A stretch of 33,966 nt of DNA from Planctomycetota bacterium (GCA_016209535.1 JACQVW010000030.1:1-33966); one strand, 5' to 3'; counted from the stretch's first letter, positions 16,056 to 24,551 are shown. Made by a program: numbers and translations. Notes: generated by a model from the letters alone, not told the origin.

Positions 16056-17294
16056 GTGAGAGGTGCCACGCCGCCGCGAGCGCTCCTCCTGGCCCTGGCC
16101 CTCGGCACGCCCTTCGCTGCCCGTGCCACCGAGGAGTCCTGGTCCTGCCAGGTCTCGCCGCCCGAGCGCGAAGTCGTGACCGAGCCCGAGAGCGGCGCGC
16201 GGACCGTATTCGTCACCACGAGCGCCGCGGACGACTCGAACCTGTACTTCCACGACCGCTCGTGGATCGCCGACGGATCGCTGCTCGTCTTCTACTCGGA
16301 CCGTGCGGGCCGGCGCGACTTGTTCGGCTACGTCGAGGCGACGGGCGAGATCGTCCGCATCGGACCGCCCGACGACCCCGGCGGCGCGCCGCTCGACGCC
16401 GTGACCTGCTCCCGGCGCGGCAGCATCGTGTACGCCATCCGCGGCCGTGACGTCCTCGCCTTGACCGTGGACCTCGCCGTCCAGACCAGCTCCCCGACGC
16501 GCGCAAGCGTGCGGGCGAGGCAGGTCTGCGCCGTCCCGAAGAACGGCGGGCTGCGCTCGGCGCTGAACGAGAGCTCGGACGGCCGGCTTCTGGCCCTCGG
16601 CCTGACCGACCCCGACAGGCCTGGGACGAACCGGATCGCCGCGATCGAGGTCGAGACGGGCAAGGTCTCGACGGTGACCGAGGTCCAGTTCCCGGTATCG
16701 CACGTCCAGTTCTCCTGGACTCGTCCCGACCTCGTGCTGTTCGCGCGCACCTACCCCGAGGGGGACCGAGTGCCCGAGCGCGCCGAGCCGGGCTCCGAGC
16801 CGCACGCGAGGCTCTGGCTCGCCGACCTCTCGGGGAAGCCCGCCTGGCCCGTCTTCTGGCAGAAGCCCGGAGAGCTCGTCACGCACGAGTGCTGGTGGAC
16901 CGAGGACCGCTTCACCTTCTGCGGCGGCCACAGGCCGCACGAGTCGCACCTCAAGGTCTACGACCTGAAGAGCGGGCGGATCTCCATCCTCGGCGCGGGG
17001 AGCTGGAGGCCCGAGGCCAGCGCGGAGGAGATCACGAAGCGCGCCTGGTGGCACGCGTCGGGGTCGCCCGACGGCCGCTGGGCCGCCGCCGACACCTTCC
17101 ACGGCGACGTCGTGCTCTTCGACGCCGCGACGGCCGAAGAGCGGCCCCTCTCGCGCGGCCACCGCGTCTTCGGCTCGAACGGCGCGCACCCGCACGTCGG
17201 CTGGGCGCCGTCGTCGGACCGCGTGGTCTACGCCTCGAACGTGCGCGGCAACCCCGACGTGGTCGTCACCGGGGTGCCGGCGGGGTGGAGGTGA
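16056..17294 (+). CDS. secreted beta-propeller protein resembling oligogalacturonate lyase (PL22-like)
   Basis: GTG start. Signal peptide is VRGATPPRALLLALALGTPFAARA. LYFHDRSWIADGSLLVFYSDRAGRRDLFGYVEATGEIVRI and a C-terminal HPHVGWAPSSDRVVYASNVRGNPDVVV resemble Ogl 'YF..K.F..DGS.LLF' and 'HPHPSF.PD.K…'. Confidence 0.7.
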   Translation: MRGATPPRALLLALALGTPFAARATEESWSCQVSPPEREVVTEPESGARTVFVTTSAADDSNLYFHDRSWIADGSLLVFYSDRAGRRDLFGYVEATGEIVRIGPPDDPGGAPLDAVTCSRRGSIVYAIRGRDVLALTVDLAVQTSSPTRASVRARQVCAVPKNGGLRSALNESSDGRLLALGLTDPDRPGTNRIAAIEVETGKVSTVTEVQFPVSHVQFSWTRPDLVLFARTYPEGDRVPERAEPGSEPHARLWLADLSGKPAWPVFWQKPGELVTHECWWTEDRFTFCGGHRPHESHLKVYDLKSGRISILGAGSWRPEASAEEITKRAWWHASGSPDGRWAAADTFHGDVVLFDAATAEERPLSRGHRVFGSNGAHPHVGWAPSSDRVVYASNVRGNPDVVVTGVPAGWR

Positions 17295-18411
17295 TGCGCG
17301 GCGCCTCCGCGCGGAAGAGCTCGAGCCACGAGAGAACGATGGCGTCCACGATCGTGCCCGAGCTCCGGCACTCCTCGGGCGTCTTTCCCCAGTAGAAGCC
17401 GATCCAGCCCGCGGCGTGCTCCCGCGAGCGCTCGAGGAACTCGCGGAGCTCGGCGGGGGAGCACTCCAGCGGAAACGTCTCCTCGATGACGACGGGCTTC
17501 CCGACGGCGAAGCCCCGCAGGGTCTCGAGGGCCTCGCCCACCTTCGAGGCCTTGGGGTAGATGTGGACGCTCAGGAAGTCGAGATCCCCCGCGACCTCGC
17601 CCGGCACGAACCCCGACGTGAGGCCGGGCCGATCGAGGCTCCAGTCGACGAGCCCCACCGTGACGAGGCGCCGCGGGTCGTCCCGCCGGACGGCGGCGAT
17701 GAGGCGCCGGATCCAGCGGCGGGCCACCTCGGGCCGCGGCCGGCCCGCAGGGTCGAGGGCGATGAACTGGACGAAGTGGTACCGCTCGGCGAAGGGCGGG
17801 CCCAGCCACTCGCCCGGTCTCCGCGGGCCGCCCGGGACCACGGGCTCGTTCATGAGGTCATAGCAGAATACCGCCGGGCTCGCTGCGCAGGCCGACGCGA
17901 CGACGCTCCAGAACTGCGCCTGGGCACGCCAGCGGCCCTCCTCGTCGAGGCGGTCGTACCACTCGGGGACGTACTCCTTGAGGTAGCAGCCGAGGCCCGT
18001 GAGGTCGAGGTACAGCCCGACGCGCTCCGCAAGACCCAGCAGGCGCCGCAGCCGCTCGAGGGCGCGTGGGTTGGGCCGATCGGGCGACGGGAGGACCTTC
18101 CCGAGCTGGAGGTGGATGCGGACGACGTTCGCGCCGAGGTCCTTCATCTCCCGGAAGTCCTGCTCCACGGCGTCCCACTCGGCCTCCCAGTACTCCTCGA
18201 TAAGCCGGCCATCGCGGTCGTGGTCGTAGTTGAATCCCCACGGCACGAAAGGCCGCCCCGAGGGTGCGAGCACGAACCCGCGGCCGCCGGGAGAGACCTC
18301 GACGCGCTCCATGCGAGGCGGGCCGGCGCAGCCGGCGAGGAGCAGCCCCAGGCCGACGCCGATCCCGATCCCCGCGCCGCCGAAGGTCCGCAGGCCGCCC
18401 TCGCGCTTCAC
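17266..18411 (-). CDS. glycoside hydrolase family 5-like lipoprotein
   Basis: Lipobox is LLLAGCAG. The (beta/alpha)8 GH-A pattern is present. The acid/base candidate is YDLMNEP and the nucleophile candidate is VVIEETF. The 3' end overlaps the convergent gene by 29 nt. Confidence 0.75.
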   Translation of the reverse strand: MKREGGLRTFGGAGIGIGVGLGLLLAGCAGPPRMERVEVSPGGRGFVLAPSGRPFVPWGFNYDHDRDGRLIEEYWEAEWDAVEQDFREMKDLGANVVRIHLQLGKVLPSPDRPNPRALERLRRLLGLAERVGLYLDLTGLGCYLKEYVPEWYDRLDEEGRWRAQAQFWSVVASACAASPAVFCYDLMNEPVVPGGPRRPGEWLGPPFAERYHFVQFIALDPAGRPRPEVARRWIRRLIAAVRRDDPRRLVTVGLVDWSLDRPGLTSGFVPGEVAGDLDFLSVHIYPKASKVGEALETLRGFAVGKPVVIEETFPLECSPAELREFLERSREHAAGWIGFYWGKTPEECRSSGTIVDAIVLSWLELFRAEAPRITSTPPAPR

Positions 18412-18433
18412 GGGACGGGCGCTCCCGCGCGGC

Positions 18434-21400
18434 TCACGGCTTGTATCCCGGCCCGCGCAGCACGCGGCCGGGCCTCTCGCCGGTATACCTGCCGCCCTCG
18501 AAGACGACGGAGCCGTTCACGAGCACGTGCGTGATCCCCTCGGGGGAGAGGTCGGGCTCGGCGAAGGTGGCCGCGTCGCGGACCCTGGCGGGGTCGAAGA
18601 CCACGACGTCCGCCGCCAGACCCTCGGCGATCCTGCCGCGGTCGAAGGCGAAGACATCGTTGGCCGCGACGGCCGTCATCCGGTGCACCGCCTCCTCGAG
18701 CGTGAGGATCCCCAGCTCGCGGACGTAGCGCCGGAGCACGCGGGGGAAGGAGCCGTACGCCCTCGGGTGACTGGCGATGGACGAGCCCGCCGCGGGACCC
18801 ACGTCCGTGTCGAAGCACACGAAGGGCTCCTCCATCGCCTTCAGCACGTTCGCCTCGGACATCGTCTCGGGCATGGCGAAGGCCCCCTTCTCGGCGACGG
18901 CGAAGAAGACTTCCCAGGGGTCCTGGCCGCACGCGGCGGCGATGGCCTTGAGGGTCTTCCCGTTCGAGGCCGCGTAGGCCGGGTGCTCGATCCTGCCCAG
19001 GACGACGCGGCCCCAGTCGCGGCCGGCGTGGGCGAACCAGTTCTCCCAGCCCTCGCCTTCCTCCATCTCGCGGCGCATCTCGGCCCGGGCCGCTGGGTCC
19101 CGCAGGCGGCGCAGCAGCTCCTCGGGGCCCCGCGCCGCGTGCCGCGGGTGGAGGAAGGCCCGGATCCCGAGCCCGTTGTGGACGTACGGATACACGTCGG
19201 CAGCGACGTCCTGACCCGCGGACCGCGCGGCCCGGATGCGGGCGAGGGCGAGGTCCATCTTGGGCCAGTTCCGCTCTCCCGCCGCCTTCAAGTGGAATAT
19301 GTGGACGGGGACGCCGGCAGCCTTCCCGATCCGGAGCGCCTCGTCGATGGCCTCGAGCAGCCGGTCCCCCTCGTTCCGCATGTGGGTGAAGTAGCGGCCG
19401 CCGTGCTCCGCGGCGGCGCGAGCCAGCTCCACCAGCTCCTCCTCCGGCGCGTAGACGGCCGGCGGGTAGATGAGGGCGGTCGAGAGGCCGATCGCGCCGG
19501 CCTCCATGGCCTCGCGCACGAGGTCCTTCATCCGCTGCATCTCCTGCGAGGTGGCCCGGCGGTCCTCGAGGCCAACGGCGATGGACCTCACTTGCGTGTG
19601 CCCCACGGTCTGGACGACGTTCGTGGGGAGCCCGGCCTGGTCCAGGCGCCCGAGGAGCTCGCGCATCGTCCTCCAGCCTGCCTTGCGGCCCGCCTCCTCG
19701 CCGAGGGGCGCATCGGAGTCCCCCTCGCCGGCGTTGATCGTCGTGATGCCCTGCGCGAGGAGGTTCAGGCCCGCGGCGGGGTCCTTGAGGAAGGGCGCCG
19801 CCGTCTGGCCCATCATGTCGATGAACCCTGGGGCCACGGCGAGGCCCGAGGCGTCGATCACGCGTCCGGCCTCGGCACCCGCGAGCCGCCCGATCGCCGC
19901 GATGCGGCCGCCCGCGATGCCCAGATCTGCGCGATACGAAGGCGCGCCGGTCCCGTCGGCTATCCGGCCGCCTCGGATCACGACGTCGAACCGCGGGCGC
20001 GGCACGGCACCGCCGGGGGCCGCGGGCGCTCGCCGCGTGAGCTCCACCCAGTGCGAGAGGGCGAAGTAGCCCTCGGCCTTCGCGACGCAGACCCCCGTCA
20101 TGCGCTCGCCGTCGCGGTCGAGGTGCAGCTCGAGCGCCGGCACGCCGTGGAACCCAGCCTGCGTGCGGAGCGGTGCCTTGATCCAGCCCGTGAACCTCCC
20201 GCGCTCGACCTTCACGTCCTTCAGATCTCCCGCCGCGCGGTCTCCGAGGGCTGCGGAGGCTCCGCCCCCGCTCCTCACCTCGAGCCGGAGGGGCACGTCG
20301 CCGTCGAAGTGCTCGAGCTTCCCCTCCCAGACGCCCGCGTGCCCGTCGGCGGGGGTCGGGTCCGGCGTGCGTTGCGGCGGGTCCAGCCCCCGCTCCTCCT
20401 TCGCCCCGAGGAGGACCTCCGCGAGCCTCCGCGTGACGCCGTGCACGAGCCCGACCCCGTGCGCGTTCGCGAGGACCACCGTCCCGCAGCCCTCGCCGGG
20501 GAAACCCCGCAGCTCCGTGGTGACGCCCGGCATGCCGCCCGTGTGATAGAAGCTCGGCCGGCCGAGGAGGGTCTCGACCGACCACCCGATGCCGGTCCCC
20601 GACCCCGGCCCGCGCGTGCTCGAGAGCCTCTGCATGGCGCGCGCCGACTCCTCCTTGAGGACCCGCACGCCGTCGAGGGCGCCGCCGTGCAAGTGCAGGA
20701 GCGCGAAGCGGGCGAGGTCATTGGCGCTGCTCCAGATGGTCGACGCGCCGGGGTGGTCGAACTCGTACGGCGCGATCCGCAGGAACCTCCCCGCCGCGTC
20801 GGCCCCGTACTGGGCGGTCGCGTCCGCCTCGAGGCCGGGCCGCACGCGGTCCGAGGTCCGGGTCATGCCGATGGGGTCGAAGACCTCCGCCTCGAGGAGC
20901 TCGCGCCAGGGCCTCTTCGAGACCGTCTCGGTGATGTGCCCGAGGAGCCCGTAGGCGAGGTTCGAGTACTCCCACCGCGAGCCCGGCGCCCAGGCCGCGA
21001 AACCGTAGCGGCGGGTGGTCTCGTCCCAGGAGAGCGGCTCGACGCCCGCGTAGTAGAAATTGTAGTGCACGGGGAGCCCCGCCGTGTGGTCCGCCAGGCG
21101 CCGCAAGGTCATGGCCTCCGCGCTCCCCGCCTTCGCGCGGAGCTTCGCGCCCGAGAGGTAGTCGTTGGCGGGACGATCGAGGTCCACGAGACCGCGGTCG
21201 GCGAGCACCATGAGGCCCGTGGCCGTGATGGGCTTTGAGACGGAGGCGAGCAGATAGATTGAGTCCGAGGTGGCCTTGGTCTTCCGCTCGAGGTCGGCGA
21301 GGCCGAACCCCTCGGCCCAGACGACGCGCCCGCCCCTCACGACGGCCACGGCGAGGGATGGCGACTGTCCCTCCGCGATCCCCCGCTCGATCATCTCCCG

Positions 21401-21541
21401 CACCGGAGCGAGCTCGGGGGGCATGGGGACATCGGCGGCGGCGGCCGCCATGCTCATCGCTGCGAGGACGGGGGCGATCGCGAGGACGGGAGCGATCGCG
21501 AGGACCGGGCGAGGACGAACGGGCGGCGGCGAGCTCAACAT
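18434..21541 (-). CDS. secreted fusion protein: class-C beta-lactamase-fold serine hydrolase (N-terminal) + N-acyl-D-amino-acid deacylase-type amidohydrolase (C-terminal). An alternative in-frame start is at 21595.
   Basis: The serine hydrolase part has the S-x-x-K motif in LLASVSKPIT, a YSN motif (WEYSNLAYG) and a HTGG-like motif. After a ~130-aa beta-rich linker comes PRFDVVIRGGRIADGTGAPSYRADLGIAGGRIAAIG…HIFHLKAAG…, which is the D-aminoacylase/amidohydrolase signature. The signal peptide is VLAIAPVLAIAPVLAAMSMAAAAA. Confidence 0.85.
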   Translation of the reverse strand: MLSSPPPVRPRPVLAIAPVLAIAPVLAAMSMAAAAADVPMPPELAPVREMIERGIAEGQSPSLAVAVVRGGRVVWAEGFGLADLERKTKATSDSIYLLASVSKPITATGLMVLADRGLVDLDRPANDYLSGAKLRAKAGSAEAMTLRRLADHTAGLPVHYNFYYAGVEPLSWDETTRRYGFAAWAPGSRWEYSNLAYGLLGHITETVSKRPWRELLEAEVFDPIGMTRTSDRVRPGLEADATAQYGADAAGRFLRIAPYEFDHPGASTIWSSANDLARFALLHLHGGALDGVRVLKEESARAMQRLSSTRGPGSGTGIGWSVETLLGRPSFYHTGGMPGVTTELRGFPGEGCGTVVLANAHGVGLVHGVTRRLAEVLLGAKEERGLDPPQRTPDPTPADGHAGVWEGKLEHFDGDVPLRLEVRSGGGASAALGDRAAGDLKDVKVERGRFTGWIKAPLRTQAGFHGVPALELHLDRDGERMTGVCVAKAEGYFALSHWVELTRRAPAAPGGAVPRPRFDVVIRGGRIADGTGAPSYRADLGIAGGRIAAIGRLAGAEAGRVIDASGLAVAPGFIDMMGQTAAPFLKDPAAGLNLLAQGITTINAGEGDSDAPLGEEAGRKAGWRTMRELLGRLDQAGLPTNVVQTVGHTQVRSIAVGLEDRRATSQEMQRMKDLVREAMEAGAIGLSTALIYPPAVYAPEEELVELARAAAEHGGRYFTHMRNEGDRLLEAIDEALRIGKAAGVPVHIFHLKAAGERNWPKMDLALARIRAARSAGQDVAADVYPYVHNGLGIRAFLHPRHAARGPEELLRRLRDPAARAEMRREMEEGEGWENWFAHAGRDWGRVVLGRIEHPAYAASNGKTLKAIAAACGQDPWEVFFAVAEKGAFAMPETMSEANVLKAMEEPFVCFDTDVGPAAGSSIASHPRAYGSFPRVLRRYVRELGILTLEEAVHRMTAVAANDVFAFDRGRIAEGLAADVVVFDPARVRDAATFAEPDLSPEGITHVLVNGSVVFEGGRYTGERPGRVLRGPGYKP
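21462..21516. repeat. 18-bp tandem direct repeat (~2.5 copies: GCGATCGCGAGGACGGG/A) encoding the VLAIAP x2 duplication inside the signal peptide
   Basis: Read directly from the sequence: ggcgatcgcgaggacggg / agcgatcgcgaggaccgg / gcgaggac. Confidence 0.6.
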
Positions 21542-21613
21542 GCCCCGCCAAGGGTAACCGCCCGGCGCCGCGGGCACCAGATAGCGGGACCACAAACCCC
21601 GCCCGTGGCCTCC

Positions 21614-22234
21614 TCAACGGCGCGCTACCGGCTGGCGCAGGATCGTCTTCAGCCGCTCGGGAGAAACCCGGCGCGGGTCCGAGAGGTAGAACTCGTGATG
21701 CGGGCCAAGGAGCCTCAGGCCCGCCTTCTCCGCAAAGGCACGCATCGCGTCGATGCTCTCGCCCTCCTTCTCGTAGGGCCCCACGTGGAGCATCTGGACG
21801 CAGCGCCCCTCGGCCAGCGATTCGAGCCTCACTCGCTTCACCTCCTCTCCCTTGCCGCGCTTCAGGAGGAGCGCGGCGGCCTTTCGTGTTTCCTCCGCGG
21901 TGACGAAGTCAGGTGTCCGGATGAGGAGCTTCCACCGCCACTGGTCCTTGGGAATCGCCGCGAGGTCGGCCCCCTGCCCAGCGCCCAACCAGAGCCCCTC
22001 CAGCTTGCAGACGGCGTAGTCCTGGAGGCCGGCGAACTTCCGGGTCATCTTGACGGTGAAGGCCATGCCGTAAAGCGCCCCGATGCTCGCCGTGAAGGCC
22101 TCGCCGCCCGGGGCGCCTTGTCCCGAGATCGCCAGGTACGTCGCCTTCCCGGTCTCCACGAGCCGCGGCTCCCTCGACGCCGCGTACTCGTCCTTGTGAA
22201 GCTTGTAGAGGTCGATCTTCTCTTGAGCTTTCAT
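21614..22234 (-). CDS. GyrI-like small-molecule-binding domain. It is probably the C-terminal half of an AraC/Rob-type regulator, separated from its HTH half by a frameshift.
   Basis: MKAQEKIDLYKLHKDEYAA…GEEVKRVRLESLAEGRCVQMLHVGPYEKEGESIDAMRAFAEKAGL…KTILRQPV. This is the GyrI-like/AraC effector-binding fold. Confidence 0.75.
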   Translation of the reverse strand: MKAQEKIDLYKLHKDEYAASREPRLVETGKATYLAISGQGAPGGEAFTASIGALYGMAFTVKMTRKFAGLQDYAVCKLEGLWLGAGQGADLAAIPKDQWRWKLLIRTPDFVTAEETRKAAALLLKRGKGEEVKRVRLESLAEGRCVQMLHVGPYEKEGESIDAMRAFAEKAGLRLLGPHHEFYLSDPRRVSPERLKTILRQPVARR

Positions 22235-22235
22235 G

Positions 22236-22601
22236 GCTTGGGTCCTGTTCAGCGGCGCCGGCCTCTCGGCTCGAGCGGCGCGTAGATGTCGGTGAGGAGG
22301 CTGCCTTGAACGACCGGCTGAAGGCCTCCAGGGTCTCGTAACCCGCGGTGAACGCGATCCGTGTGACCGGCTCCGGGCTGTGCTTGAGCTGCGTGGCGGC
22401 CCGCTCCAGGCGGAGCCGACGGATGTGCGCCTTGACCGACTCGCCCACCATCCCCTTGAAGATGCGGTGGAAGTGGTAGGGCGAAAACCAGGCCATGCTG
22501 GCCAGCTCCTCGAGGCGCAGGCGCTCATCCAGGTGCTCCTGGATGTGCACGAGCACGCGCAGCATGCGCTGCTTGTAGTCCCGAAGCGTGACCTCTCTCA
22601 T
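22236..22601 (-). CDS. AraC-type HTH DNA-binding domain, the N-terminal half. The nominal ORF continues stop-free to 21909 in a frame that overlaps the GyrI-like domain.
   Basis: MREVTLRDYKQRMLRVLVHIQEHLDERLRLEELASMAWFSPYHFHRIFKGMVGESVKAHIRRLRLERAATQLKHSPEPVTRIAFTAGYETLEAFSRSFKAA-SPTSTRRSS. The AraC signature is '…FS..F+..FG.SP..YRR'. Confidence 0.7.
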
Positions 22602-22696
22602 GACGGTGGTGTTACCAGAAACGGCCCCGGCGCGCTTGATCGTTCTTGCGATTCCGTGGACTGGCGGGCGTGTTTCCAGGGAGGCTCCACCGAGCC

Positions 22697-24145
22697 TCAA
22701 GGCGCTGCCCGGAGCAACTCCCTCGCCGGGAGGATCCTCGAGAAGAACCCGGAACGGACGAGCTCCCGGGTCGGCTCGGACCTGGTGATGAGGACCTTCT
22801 GGACGGTCCGGCCCTCGAGCCAGGGGACCCTGCGGACCTTCTCCTGGACCTCTCGCGCCGTCTCGAGCCCGACGGGCGCATCCCGGTACTTCATCTCGCA
22901 AAGCGTCACGACCTTGTCGGCGCGGTCAAAGACCAGATCGACCTGCACGCCCGCCAGCTTGCCCCCGCGGCCATGGCGGAAGTAGGGCCCAGCCTGGTAC
23001 TGGACGCCGGAGAAGCCGAGGAGGGCCGCGATCTCCCTCGCGTGGCCAAGGCAAAGCAGCTCGAACGCTCGCCCGAGCCACGACCGAAAGCCCGGCGAAG
23101 GGGCGATGTGCTCCACGAAGCCTCGGTTGGTGAGCAGACGGCGAGCACGGTGGGGACGCAAGAACGCGAAGTAGAACCGCAGAAACGGGTCGGTGATGAC
23201 GTAGCGGAGGAGCCGGGAGTTGGCCGGCTTGTCGAAAGGGACGTACGAGGTGATGAATCCGGCGGACTCGAGGTTGTACAGGACGCGAGTGAGCTCGCCT
23301 CCTCCCGCGCTGCTCGTGCTGTCGATGATCTCCTGCCGGCTCTGTCCGAAGGGCTTCCCGGCCAGGGCGCTCAAGACCTCGTCGTACTTGCCGGCCGATC
23401 CGAAATGGCTCACGAAGATCCGGTGGTACTCCTCCGCGAAGTAGCCGGTCTCGGTGAACGCCAGCCGATCCATGCCGGCGAGGATCGAGTCCTGGTCCGC
23501 GAGGAGCTTCAGGTACTGTGGGATCCCGCCGACCAGGAGCTGCGCCAGGAGCACCTCTTCCCACCCACGGCCGGCGAGGAGCTTGGCCGCGTCGCTCAGA
23601 TGGAACGGCTTGAGGTGGATGCAGAGGCTCGTCCGCCCATAGAGCGCCCTCGAGCGGATCACCCGCTTCTCCATGAACGACGCTATCGATCCGCAGAGAA
23701 CGAGCGTGACCTCCCCGACTCGGCTCAGCTGCTGCTCCCAGACCATCTTGAGCGCCGCCACGAGCTCGGTACGGTAGTTGGCGGTCCACTGAAACTCGTC
23801 AAGGAGGACCACGATCTCCTTCCCCCTGACAGCCGGGACCAGCTCTCCCAAAGCCTCCGGCCACGTCCGGACGCCGGACTTCCTCCGGGGCTTCAGCCCC
23901 ACCTGGCGCTCGAGCTGCAGGAGGAAGTTGGCGATCTGCTTTCCCTTGGACTGGTTCTCGAGCCCCTCGAACGCGAGCAGGGGCTCCGTGGCGTAAGCCT
24001 CTCGGATGAGCGCCGTCTTCCCCACCCGCCTCCGGCCGTACACCACGGCCACATGCGAACCGGGCCGCTTGTGGAGGTCACGAAGACGGGCGAGCTCCTC
24101 GTCGCGGCCGATGAAACCGTCCCCCGGGCTCCCTGGGTTGCGCAA
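22697..24145 (-). CDS. AAA+ ATPase of the Arch_ATPase + DUF234 family, second paralog
   Basis: TTG start preceded by AGGAGA 7 nt upstream. Walker A is VVYGRRRVGKTALI and Walker B-like is VVLLDEFQW. The C-terminus is DUF234-like (…YVITDPFLRFYFAFL…). Confidence 0.9.
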   Translation of the reverse strand: MRNPGSPGDGFIGRDEELARLRDLHKRPGSHVAVVYGRRRVGKTALIREAYATEPLLAFEGLENQSKGKQIANFLLQLERQVGLKPRRKSGVRTWPEALGELVPAVRGKEIVVLLDEFQWTANYRTELVAALKMVWEQQLSRVGEVTLVLCGSIASFMEKRVIRSRALYGRTSLCIHLKPFHLSDAAKLLAGRGWEEVLLAQLLVGGIPQYLKLLADQDSILAGMDRLAFTETGYFAEEYHRIFVSHFGSAGKYDEVLSALAGKPFGQSRQEIIDSTSSAGGGELTRVLYNLESAGFITSYVPFDKPANSRLLRYVITDPFLRFYFAFLRPHRARRLLTNRGFVEHIAPSPGFRSWLGRAFELLCLGHAREIAALLGFSGVQYQAGPYFRHGRGGKLAGVQVDLVFDRADKVVTLCEMKYRDAPVGLETAREVQEKVRRVPWLEGRTVQKVLITRSEPTRELVRSGFFSRILPARELLRAAP

Positions 24146-24265
24146 GAAAAATCTCCTATGAGCTGGCTCGGCAAGAAGCTTAGGAGGTTTTTCTCGCAGG
24201 ATCCAGAGAAAAATCTCCTATGAACGATACACGGACCAATCTCAGGAGATTTTTCTTGGGGCTCC
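24142..24265. repeat. tandem pair of ~62-bp AT-rich imperfect palindromic hairpin elements (24142-24203 and 24204-24265), each built from inverted copies of the motif AGAAAAATCTCCT(AT)GAG
   Basis: Read directly from the sequence. The arms are GCAAGAAAAATCTCCTATGAGC/GCTTAGGAGGTTTTTCTCGC and CAGAGAAAAATCTCCTATGAAC/CTCAGGAGATTTTTCTTGG. On the opposite strands the motif reads AGGAGATTTTTCTTG, an SD followed by a TTG start. Confidence 0.7.
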
Positions 24266-24381
24266 TCAGGAAGCCGCCCCAGGCCTCGGTCGGCGGCGAT
24301 GGGGCCTCTGGAGCCTCCGGGCCGTCCGACAACATCGGCTGCCCGCAGATCGCGGCGGGGGTCTCGCCGACCTCGGCGTAG
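24256..24381 (+). CDS. candidate small ORF, 41 aa, started by the mirrored SD-TTG copy of the repeat. Low-complexity product; speculative.
   Basis: AGGAGA-N6-TTG. GC3 is about 93% over 41 codons. Product is MGLLRKPPQASVGGDGASGASGPSDNIGCPQIAAGVSPTSA. No gene lies on the opposite strand that could explain the frame bias. Confidence 0.25.
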   Translation: MGLLRKPPQASVGGDGASGASGPSDNIGCPQIAAGVSPTSA

Positions 24382-24551
24382 CTCACCACATTCCTTCCTC
24401 CGGGACCGCCCCCGCGCGGCCTCAGCCCCGCGTCTTCCCGGGCTTGAGCCAGGCGCCCAGCACCGCCCCGATCCCGGTGCCGATCAAGAGCAAGGCCCAC
24501 CAAGGGAGCGTCGGCAGCAGAGGGAACGTTGGTGAAGAGAGCATCTCCGTC

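Noticed and set aside
21909-22236. C-terminal ~110 codons of the nominal AraC ORF as a real protein segment
   Set aside because: The translation (…EAGAAEQDPSHESSREDRPLQASQGRVRGVEGAAARGD…) is low-complexity and overlaps the well-formed GyrI-like domain in another frame. It is an artefact of the missing stop.
24158-24223. 21-aa ORF MSWLGKKLRRFFSQDPEKNLL spanning the hairpin pair
   Set aside because: It is built entirely from the repeat arms, has low GC3 and no SD. It is a by-product of the palindromes.
24142-24265. CRISPR array, suggested by the short repeated palindromic units
   Set aside because: Only two tandem units are present, each an inverted repeat of itself. There are no regularly spaced unique spacers and no cas genes. 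It is better explained as a tandem hairpin/RBS cassette.
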